Below, one piece after another: positions 57,089 through 64,000 of a stretch of DNA of 64,000 nt (positions within the stretch are counted from its first letter, which is position 1; every line of letters starts with the position of its first letter). The stretch is from Chitinophagaceae bacterium (GTDB lineage Bacteria > Bacteroidota > Bacteroidia > Chitinophagales > JADJOU01), in the NCBI GenBank assembly GCA_017495115.1, contig JAFEIJ010000045.1:18884-82883 (forward strand). Reading direction: 5' to 3'. The notes beneath the pieces were generated by a model. The model made no database searches, was not told the DNA's origin, and saw nothing but the letters and a program-made list of their open reading frames with translations. A program made the translations under genes and the position numbers.

Positions 57089-57625
57089 ATGAAAAGAATA
57101 TTATTATTATTACTATCTGTAACTTGCATTGTAAACAGTATATATGGACAAAACGATGAAAAGCTTGACGCTATAATTAAGTTAAATGACGAAATTATTA
57201 CTTGCAAAGTTACTAGCATAACTGAGAAAGAAGTAATTTACTCATTTCAAGGTGAAACTTTATCAAACTCTTTATCAAAAAATCAAATTAAAGAAATTCA
57301 TTTAAGCAATGGAAGAATTCAAAAGTTTTCAGAGTTAATTATTATAAAAGGAGAAGAAGATTGGGAAAAGGTTCAAATTACAAACATTGAATCTGAAATA
57401 TCAGGATTAGTTAAAAAAGGTGATGTTGCAGGAAAGGCAAATGCTGCAACCATATTTAGTTCAGTTGATGATATGAAACTCAAAGCAGAGATGAAAATGA
57501 AGAAACAAGCCGCTTCTATGGGTGCTCATATTATATTTATAAAATCAACTAATTCAACTCAAGCCGCTTATGGAATTAACACTGCAAAGGCAAATATAAG
57601 TGGTGTTGCTTTTGGTTATAAGTAA
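57089..57625 (+). CDS. Secreted protein with C-terminal BhsA/YdgH (DUF1471)-like domain
   Basis: Signal peptide present. The C-terminal DDMKLKAEMKMKKQAASMGAHIIFIKS...ISGVAFGYK parallels the BhsA pattern LEEQLAQKADEMGAKSFRITS...LHGTAVIYK. Confidence 0.5.
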   Translation: MKRILLLLLSVTCIVNSIYGQNDEKLDAIIKLNDEIITCKVTSITEKEVIYSFQGETLSNSLSKNQIKEIHLSNGRIQKFSELIIIKGEEDWEKVQITNIESEISGLVKKGDVAGKANAATIFSSVDDMKLKAEMKMKKQAASMGAHIIFIKSTNSTQAAYGINTAKANISGVAFGYK

Positions 57626-57734
57626 AGTACGAAAATTAAGAAAAAGCCGTCAGATATATACCGTATTTCTGAAAGTCGGGGTGATCGTATTTATGCAAAA
57701 GTAATTAATATTTGAAAAATTGTGCCTTCTCTTA

Positions 57735-57742
57735 TATCTTTG
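57735..57742 (+). promoter_or_regulatory. -7 promoter box (TAnnTTTG) with -33 TTG at 57712-57714
   Basis: TATCTTTG lies 90 nt before the ATG. Confidence 0.4.
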
Positions 57743-57831
57743 TTTGGCGAAACTCGACCTTTAAAGAAATACTCCGGGCGTTAGCCATCAATACAATAAC
57801 GATATATTAAATATTCAAAAATAAATAAAAT

Positions 57832-58437
57832 ATGAAATCAAAATTAAAAATACTCTCGACGTTCTTTGTGGCAACATTTTTATTAAGTTTCGTAACAAAA
57901 AATGAAATTGGACAATGCTATATTTCATTTGATAATGCAACAAATTTGATAGTAACAGACCCTGACAGGCTCCCTGAAACTTCTGAAAAAGTTAGAACTG
58001 TAACAACGGACAACGGAGAAGTAGAAGTGACTCGAATTGACGGCTACAGAGTTTTATATAACAATGAAAATAAAGTGCCTTTTGTTAATTTGAAAATTGA
58101 ACTATCAGAAGAAAAATCCTACGAAAAAGACAAACAAAATCTTCTTGAAAATTTGAAATATGTAAATTCAAATTCACAGAATATGGAAACTAAAGACTTA
58201 ATCGAACTTGAATTTAATGGGTGTAAAATTTATGGGTTTAGTAGAACGACAATTGAAAAAGGAAGTATATTGGGCACGTTTGTTATGTTTCCAGGTAATG
58301 GGGTAACAGTTTATTTCTATTTTAACAATATGAAACAAGAATTCAGAAATTTTGAAAGCGTTGACGATTACAAAAAGCAACGCGATAGATTTATTATCGA
58401 ATATACTAAGCATTTAAAAACGTGTAAAGATAAATAA
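57832..58437 (+). CDS. Hypothetical secreted or membrane-anchored protein (201 aa)
   Basis: N-terminal hydrophobic segment. No recognised family. Confidence 0.5.
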   Translation: MKSKLKILSTFFVATFLLSFVTKNEIGQCYISFDNATNLIVTDPDRLPETSEKVRTVTTDNGEVEVTRIDGYRVLYNNENKVPFVNLKIELSEEKSYEKDKQNLLENLKYVNSNSQNMETKDLIELEFNGCKIYGFSRTTIEKGSILGTFVMFPGNGVTVYFYFNNMKQEFRNFESVDDYKKQRDRFIIEYTKHLKTCKDK

Positions 58438-58541
58438 GTTATACGTCTTGGCTAGCACCTAAATAACCAAATTGTTGAAATTAATATATTTTAAATATAC
58501 GTTGTAATTAAAAAAAAGTTCTTGATGTGGGAACATTTTTG

Positions 58542-58549
58542 TAATTTTG
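58542..58549 (+). promoter_or_regulatory. -7 promoter box (TAnnTTTG) upstream of higB, -33 TTG at 58522-58524
   Basis: TAATTTTG lies 19 nt before the GTG start. Confidence 0.45.
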
Positions 58550-58567
58550 CAAAAATATTAATAGCGC

Positions 58568-58864
58568 GTGGAACGAATTTTTTCTAAAAGTACATTAAGG
58601 GCATTTTGGGAAATTCATGCGGAAGCTGAGCAATATTTAAAAACGTGGTACGAAACGGTGAAAAATGCTGATTGGAAAACACCAACAGATGTAAAGCAGA
58701 CGTATGCAAATGCAAGTATTTTAAAAAATAATCGTATCGTATTTAACATAAAAGGAAATTCTTATAGATTAATTGCGAAGTTTAATTTTGAAAAACAATG
58801 GTTATTTATAAGATTTATCGGAACTCACAATGAATATGATAAAATTGATGCAAACACAATTTAA
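58568..58864 (+). CDS. higB: Type II toxin HigB (RelE/ParE superfamily mRNA interferase)
   Basis: 98 aa. The pattern FSKSTLRAFWE...AEQ.LK.WY..VK.ADW..P.D.K..Y..ASILKNNR.VFNIKGN.YRL......E....FIRF.GTH.EYDKIDA..I matches the HigB_toxin family consensus. Confidence 0.8.
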   Translation: MERIFSKSTLRAFWEIHAEAEQYLKTWYETVKNADWKTPTDVKQTYANASILKNNRIVFNIKGNSYRLIAKFNFEKQWLFIRFIGTHNEYDKIDANTI

Positions 58865-58875
58865 AAATTATTGAA

Positions 58876-59244
58876 ATGAATATTAAACTCATAAAAACAG
58901 AAGCGGATTACCGCAACACATTAGAAAGATTAGACGAAATTTTCGATGCAAAAATTGGAACACAAGAAAGTGATGAAGCCGATATATTAGCCTTATTGAT
59001 AGATGCGTATGAGAAAAAAAATTATGCGATTGAGGCACCAGACCCTATAGAAGCCATAAAAATTAGAATGGAAGAAATGGAACTTAAACAACTTGATTTA
59101 GTTGATATTATTGGAGGGAAGAGCCGTGTATCTGAAGTATTAAATAAAAAAAGAAAACTTACCGTAGAAATGATTCGAAATCTGAAAAATCGTTTAAATT
59201 TGTCAACGGACATTTTAATTACAGATTATAAATTAATAAGATAA
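58876..59244 (+). CDS. higA: Type II antitoxin HigA (XRE-type HTH)
   Basis: 122 aa. The N-terminal IKTEADY...L.RLDEIFDA..GT.E.DE...L..LI..YE is followed by the HTH segment L.Q.DL..IIG.KSRVSEVLN.KR.L. It begins 11 nt downstream of higB. Confidence 0.8.
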   Translation: MNIKLIKTEADYRNTLERLDEIFDAKIGTQESDEADILALLIDAYEKKNYAIEAPDPIEAIKIRMEEMELKQLDLVDIIGGKSRVSEVLNKKRKLTVEMIRNLKNRLNLSTDILITDYKLIR

Positions 59245-59443
59245 AAAAATAGGGACTCTAGCAGCCGTTTCTATATAAGTCCTTTTCCTATCCGAAAGGT
59301 TAAAATCATTTTTCTTTTAATTACAAGCAATGTGAGAAAATGATTTCTTTAAAATTTCAATATTTAGGAATAAAGAAGTAAAACGAAAAGCGATCTTTCT
59401 TCAATATTATTCATTTTTTTATGGGTTACTCTTTATTTAGTTT

Positions 59444-59451
59444 TATATTTG
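59444..59451 (+). promoter_or_regulatory. -7 promoter box (TAnnTTTG) upstream of esterase gene
   Basis: TATATTTG lies 17 nt before the ATG. Confidence 0.4.
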
Positions 59452-59467
59452 TAGCAATTTTATAAAT

Positions 59468-60640
59468 ATGAAAACATCCTTTTTCGTTTTATTTTTAATT
59501 TCAACTTCGAGTTTTTTTGGGCAATGTGATGGCATTCGATATAAAGATGTTATTTTTGACAATGAAAAGAAAACAGTTTTGTTTGGAAACAATACAAAAT
59601 CGAATGGCTTAAATCAAGATTTGTATTTAGATTTATATTTACCTTCGGTAGATACGTTTTCCAAAAGGCCTGTTGTTATATTATGCTTTGGTGGTGGTTT
59701 TGTACAAGGCAGTCGAACCTCGGGTGAGTTGGTTTATTTTGCTAATTATTTTTCAAAATTAGGTTATGTAGTGGCTTCTATAGATTACCGCCTCGATCAA
59801 GTTTTGAATATGGCCGATCCGATTTTATCGTCAAAAGCAGTTGTAAGAGCGGTTCATGATGGTAGAGCCGCGATTCGATTTTTGAAATCAAAACATATGG
59901 AATATCAGTTAGACACCAATTTGTTTTTTATAGGTGGTACTTCTGCGGGTGGTGTTTTATCGTTGACTTTAGCCTATAGTCAATACAATGATTTTGCTCC
60001 AATTTTAAAAAGTGTTATCGATTCTATGGGTGGTTTTGAAGGGACTTCAAATTCGATCCAAGATTATAGTTCTAAAATTAAAGGTGTTTTTCATTTTGCT
60101 GGAGGCATTTCGGACACCGCTCACATAAAATCAAATGAAGTGCCGGCATATCATAATCATAGCGTTCTCGATCCTCTTGTGCCATTTCGTAAAGGATTGC
60201 CCATGGGTGGCACGGCGCCAAATCCGTTGTATGGAAGTTATTGGATGCACCAACGATTAACCAATTTGGGTATTTACTCCGTTTTAGATTCTTTTGAAAA
60301 TGCAAACCATCCGGCTTTTGTCGTTGGTAATACGTTTGATTTTCCAATATTAACAACAACAATTAATAGTTTAAGAAACTTTTTGTTTCGTTTGGTTTGC
60401 CCAAACAATATGATTATTAAAGATATGAAAAAAATAATTTCGGTTTATCCGAATCCCGTTTCAAATTATTTGCGATTGGAGGGTTTTAAAAATGGAGATT
60501 TAATCCAAATTTTTGATATGAAATCCAATTGTGTTTTAACTAAAATCAATAAAGATCAGATAATTGATATGTCGAGATTTGGGAATGGTGTTTATTTATT
60601 GTATGTTAATCATGAAATGATTCAAAAAATTGTAAAGTAA
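59468..60640 (+). CDS. Secreted alpha/beta-hydrolase (carboxylesterase/lipase-like) with T9SS C-terminal sorting domain
   Basis: Signal peptide, an oxyanion-type motif CFGGGF, and the nucleophile elbow GGTSAGG (GxSxG). The C-terminal ISVYPNPVSNYLRL...GVYLLYV matches the Por secretion tail. Confidence 0.75.
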   Translation: MKTSFFVLFLISTSSFFGQCDGIRYKDVIFDNEKKTVLFGNNTKSNGLNQDLYLDLYLPSVDTFSKRPVVILCFGGGFVQGSRTSGELVYFANYFSKLGYVVASIDYRLDQVLNMADPILSSKAVVRAVHDGRAAIRFLKSKHMEYQLDTNLFFIGGTSAGGVLSLTLAYSQYNDFAPILKSVIDSMGGFEGTSNSIQDYSSKIKGVFHFAGGISDTAHIKSNEVPAYHNHSVLDPLVPFRKGLPMGGTAPNPLYGSYWMHQRLTNLGIYSVLDSFENANHPAFVVGNTFDFPILTTTINSLRNFLFRLVCPNNMIIKDMKKIISVYPNPVSNYLRLEGFKNGDLIQIFDMKSNCVLTKINKDQIIDMSRFGNGVYLLYVNHEMIQKIVK

Positions 60641-60647
60641 AAAGACT

Positions 60648-62198
60648 ATGTTAGTTAAAATTTTTGGAAGTGCTGTTTTTGGTGTGGATGCTTCAACGAT
60701 TACGATTGAAGTCAGTGTTGATGGTTCGGGAACAAAATATTTTATGGTAGGATTGCCCGATAATGCCGTAAAAGAAAGCTTGCAACGCATCGAAACGGCT
60801 TTGAAAGAAAGTAACTATAGAATGCCTCGAACCAAAATTGTTATTAATTTAGCGCCTGCAGACATCCGAAAAGAAGGTTCGGCATATGATTTACCCATTG
60901 CGATTGGTATTTTATTGGCAAGTGGGCAAATTGAAGATAAAATTGATGTGAGTAAACATATCATTATGGGTGAATTGTCTTTGGATGGCAGTGTTCAGCC
61001 TATTCGTGGTGCGTTGCCCATTTCTATTCAAGCGCGGAAAGAAAATTATAACGGATTTATTTTACCAAAAAAGAATGAGCGCGAAGCGGCAATTGTAGAC
61101 CAATTAACGGTTTTTGGCGTCCAAACATTGCAAGAAGTTATTGATTTAGTAGAAGGGAAAAGTGAATTAAAACCTACACTTGTAGATACAAGGCAAGAGT
61201 TTGAAGAAAATTTAAAAAATCTACGATATGACTTTACCGATGTAAAAGGTCAGGAAAATATAAAACGAGCTATGGAAATAGCGGCTGCAGGCGGACATAA
61301 TCTCATTTTGATTGGCCCTCCAGGCGCCGGTAAAACGATGCTTGCTAAAAGATTAGGTTCCATTTTACCTCCTTTGAATTTATATGAATCTCTTGAAACA
61401 ACAAAGATTCATTCGGTTGCAGGAATTCTTGAAAACGGAGAGTCTTTGGTTTTTGAACGACCATTTCGTTCCCCGCATCATACGGTTAGTGATGTAGCCC
61501 TTGTTGGTGGCGGAAATCATCCTTCGCCAGGCGAAATTTCGTTGGCGCATAATGGGGTTTTATTTTTGGATGAATTGCCCGAATTTAAAAGAACGGTGCT
61601 TGAAGTTTTGAGGCAACCCATGGAAGACCGAAAAGTTACGATATCAAGAGCGAAGTTTTCAGTGACGTATCCAGCAAGTTTTATGCTCATCGCGAGTATG
61701 AATCCATGTCCTTGTGGCTATTTTAATCACCCCGAAAAAGAGTGTGTTTGTGGACCAGGCGTTGTGCAGCGTTATTTAAATAAAATTTCAGGTCCTCTTT
61801 TAGACAGAATTGATTTACATGTCGAAGTCGTTCCGGTTTCATTTACGGAGTTAACCGATTCAAAGCCCACTGAAAAAAGTGAAAATGTAAGAAAGCGAGT
61901 TATGGAAGCTCGAAAACTTCAAGAGGATCGTTTTAAAAGCATTGAAGGTTTGCATGCCAATGCACAAATGGGAGGCAAAGAGGTGCAAGAAATTTGTATC
62001 ATTTCCGATGCAGGTCGTTCGTTGCTTAAAAAAGCAATGGAGAAATTAAATTTATCGGCTCGAGCCTATGACCGAATTCTTAAAGTTTCTAGAACCATAG
62101 CGGATTTGGATCAAAGCGAAGAAATCAAAATTGAACATTTGGCAGAAGCGATCCATTATCGTAGTTTAGATCGCGAAAATTGGGCAAGTCAAGGGTAG
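60648..62198 (+). CDS. comM: YifB/ComM-family Mg-chelatase-like AAA+ ATPase
   Basis: An N-terminal Lon-protease-like domain is followed by Walker A GPPGAGKT and Walker B GVLFLDELPEF. The zinc-ribbon insert is NPCPCG...CVC, and RAYDRILKVSRTIADL is also present. Confidence 0.9.
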   Translation: MLVKIFGSAVFGVDASTITIEVSVDGSGTKYFMVGLPDNAVKESLQRIETALKESNYRMPRTKIVINLAPADIRKEGSAYDLPIAIGILLASGQIEDKIDVSKHIIMGELSLDGSVQPIRGALPISIQARKENYNGFILPKKNEREAAIVDQLTVFGVQTLQEVIDLVEGKSELKPTLVDTRQEFEENLKNLRYDFTDVKGQENIKRAMEIAAAGGHNLILIGPPGAGKTMLAKRLGSILPPLNLYESLETTKIHSVAGILENGESLVFERPFRSPHHTVSDVALVGGGNHPSPGEISLAHNGVLFLDELPEFKRTVLEVLRQPMEDRKVTISRAKFSVTYPASFMLIASMNPCPCGYFNHPEKECVCGPGVVQRYLNKISGPLLDRIDLHVEVVPVSFTELTDSKPTEKSENVRKRVMEARKLQEDRFKSIEGLHANAQMGGKEVQEICIISDAGRSLLKKAMEKLNLSARAYDRILKVSRTIADLDQSEEIKIEHLAEAIHYRSLDRENWASQG

Positions 62199-62248
62199 CA
62201 TATTTTTTAAAAATAAAGCCTTTTTTTACGATTTTAATAAAAAAAAAT

Positions 62249-62256
62249 TAACTTTG
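62249..62256 (+). promoter_or_regulatory. -7 promoter box (TAnnTTTG) upstream of lpxC/fabZ
   Basis: TAACTTTG lies 37 nt before the ATG. Confidence 0.45.
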
Positions 62257-62292
62257 TACGTTTTATCAAAACCGTTAAGATATTTTTAAAAT

Positions 62293-63690
62293 ATGAATAA
62301 TTTTCAACAAACGATTTCTAATGAAGTTTCGATTCAAGGAAGAGGATTACATACAGGCCAAATTGCAAATATTACTTTAAAGCCAGCGCCCACAAATTCA
62401 GGTATTTGTTTTAAAAGAATAGATTTAGAAGGTCATCCCGTTGTTGAAGCTAAGTGTGATTTTGTTACTAAAAGTGAGCGAAGTACAACTATTGAAAAAA
62501 ATGGAGTTAAGTTGGTGACGATTGAGCATTTATTAGCCGCTTTAACAGGTTTGCAGATTGATAATGTTTTAGTAGAAATTGATAGTGAAGAAGTTCCAAT
62601 TATGGACGGTAGTGCAAAGCCTTTTGTAGGTTTAATTCATAAAGCGGGTATACTAAGACAAGATGCGGTTAGAGATATTTTTAATCTCAAGTCAAATTTA
62701 GTGCTTGAAGATCCAGAAACAGGTTCGAAAATTATTGCCATGCCAAGCGATACGTTTAAAGTAACCGTGATGGTGGATTATAAGTCGCAAATCGTTGGCC
62801 CTCAGCATGCAACTTTAGAGCATATCGATCAATTTGAAGATGAAATATCAAAATGTAGAACGTTTGTATTTTTTCATGAATTAGAAAAATTATATAATGC
62901 CGGTTTGATTAAAGGTGGCGATGTAGATAATGCGATTGTAATGGTTGATAAAATGCCATCGCAAGCGGAAATAGATAACTTGTCTTCGCTTTTTGGCAGA
63001 AATGATGTTGTGGTAAAATCGGAGGGATATTTAAATAATTTAGAACTTTATTACCAAAACGAGCCTGCTCGACATAAGTTATTGGATATTATTGGTGATC
63101 TTACACTTATTGGAATGCCAATTAATGCGCATATTATTGCTACCTATCCAGGTCATAAAATAAATACAGATTTTGCTAAATTATTAAAACAAAAAATAAA
63201 AGAAAGCAAAACAAAAGTAGCGGCACCTGAATATGATCCGAATAAAGAACCTATTTTTGATATCCATGAGATTCAAAAAATGCTTCCACACCGTTATCCA
63301 TTCCTTTTGGTTGATAAAGTTGTCGAATTAACAGATGAATTTGTTATTGGAGTTAAAAATGTAACCGCTAACGAAAATTATTTCCCGGGCCATTTTCCGG
63401 ATAATCACGTGATGCCCGGTGTGCTGCAAATCGAAGCAATGGCGCAGTGTGGCGGAATGCTTGCATTAAGAAGTATTGAAGATACTACCTTATACGATGT
63501 TTATTTCTTAAAAATTGATAAAGCAAAATTTAAACGCAAAGTCGTGCCCGGAGATACTTTGGTTATGAAAGTAGAGCTTATGAGCCCGATTCGTAGAGGC
63601 ATTGTAGAAATGAAAGGTACTATATTCGTTGGGAATCAAATCGCTACAGAAGCTGAAATGATGGCTACAATTATTAAAAAACAAAAATAA
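62293..63690 (+). CDS. lpxC-fabZ: Bifunctional UDP-3-O-acyl-GlcNAc deacetylase / 3-hydroxyacyl-ACP dehydratase (LpxC-FabZ fusion)
   Basis: The LpxC half carries [16 protein letters not shown] and [10 protein letters not shown]. The FabZ half carries [30 protein letters not shown]. This fusion is typical of Bacteroidota. Confidence 0.95.
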   Translation: MNNFQQTISNEVSIQGRGLHTGQIANITLKPAPTNSGICFKRIDLEGHPVVEAKCDFVTKSERSTTIEKNGVKLVTIEHLLAALTGLQIDNVLVEIDSEEVPIMDGSAKPFVGLIHKAGILRQDAVRDIFNLKSNLVLEDPETGSKIIAMPSDTFKVTVMVDYKSQIVGPQHATLEHIDQFEDEISKCRTFVFFHELEKLYNAGLIKGGDVDNAIVMVDKMPSQAEIDNLSSLFGRNDVVVKSEGYLNNLELYYQNEPARHKLLDIIGDLTLIGMPINAHIIATYPGHKINTDFAKLLKQKIKESKTKVAAPEYDPNKEPIFDIHEIQKMLPHRYPFLLVDKVVELTDEFVIGVKNVTANENYFPGHFPDNHVMPGVLQIEAMAQCGGMLALRSIEDTTLYDVYFLKIDKAKFKRKVVPGDTLVMKVELMSPIRRGIVEMKGTIFVGNQIATEAEMMATIIKKQK

Positions 63691-63719
63691 TATCAACTAA
63701 TCCGAAAAGATATAAATTA

Positions 63720-64000
63720 ATGATACAACCACTTGCTTATATTCATCTTTCCGCTAAAATTGCAGAAAATGTTACTATAGATCCATTTACCACGATATAT
63801 GGAGATGTAGAAATTGGAAAAGGTACCTGGATTGGTCCACATGTAACGATTATGGATGGCGCTCGAATTGGAGAAAATTGTAAAATTTTTCCTGGGGCTG
63901 TAATTTCTGCAGTTCCTCAAGATTTAAAATATAAAGGAGAGCCTACTCAGGTTATCATTGGGGATAATTGCGTGATTCGGGAGTGTGTAACCATAAATAA
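63720..64000 (+). CDS. lpxA: Acyl-ACP--UDP-GlcNAc O-acyltransferase, N-terminal part (runs off window end)
   Basis: The translation is [76 protein letters not shown]. It shows hexapeptide repeats and the LpxA N-terminal pattern, and the frame is open to the window edge. Confidence 0.85.
   Translation, partial: MIQPLAYIHLSAKIAENVTIDPFTTIYGDVEIGKGTWIGPHVTIMDGARIGENCKIFPGAVISAVPQDLKYKGEPTQVIIGDNCVIRECVTIN

Noticed and set aside
56823-59467. A possible integron-like cassette array (CALIN), suggested by single-gene units with long spacers and recurring AGCCGT / TATATA strings after stop codons.
   Set aside because: I looked for paired attC core sites (RYYYAAC ... GTTRRRY) with internal inverted repeats at each gene end. 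Only one isolated GTTAGCC (57780-57786) was found, with no matching inverse core. No intI gene is present, and each gene has its own promoter, unlike promoterless cassettes.

Overview
The window is a low-GC chromosomal segment from a Bacteroidota genome, probably Flavobacteriia-like. Supporting marks are three proteins with T9SS C-terminal sorting domains, a PorP/SprF gene, a fused lpxC-fabZ gene, and TAnnTTTG -7 promoter boxes in front of most operons. Roughly 85% of it is tightly packed core housekeeping: uvrD, nadE, sucD, pyrG, truA, mrdA-rodA, metF, pyrR-pyrB, folD, recJ, hpt, pth, rplM-rpsI, rpsB-tsf, comM and lpxC/fabZ-lpxA, plus envelope and chaperone genes. There are four intact tRNA genes: Cys-Gly-Leu on the minus strand and Ser on the plus strand. 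I saw no rRNA, CRISPR array, transposase, integrase or reverse transcriptase, and the only recognisable defence-type module is one HigB/HigA pair. The most unusual structure is at 28.95-29.72 kb. There a 398-bp-period tandem repeat of [small GIY-YIG nuclease gene + terminator + tRNA-Leu(UAA)] leaves a 5'-truncated tRNA-Leu copy with a completely re-paired anticodon stem. This looks like the footprint of a minimal tRNA-gene-targeting selfish cassette. Secondary oddities:
- A ClpP paralog lacking the canonical N-terminal axial loop, in an operon with unknown proteins.
- An Mpl-type Mur ligase fused to a three-helix membrane domain.
- A DGGGPS-like UbiA prenyltransferase translationally coupled to rodA.
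- A response-regulator gene remnant.
- A small accessory islet (56.0-60.6 kb) between tsf and comM.

All functional calls rest on motif recognition by eye in the supplied translations. No database search was run.
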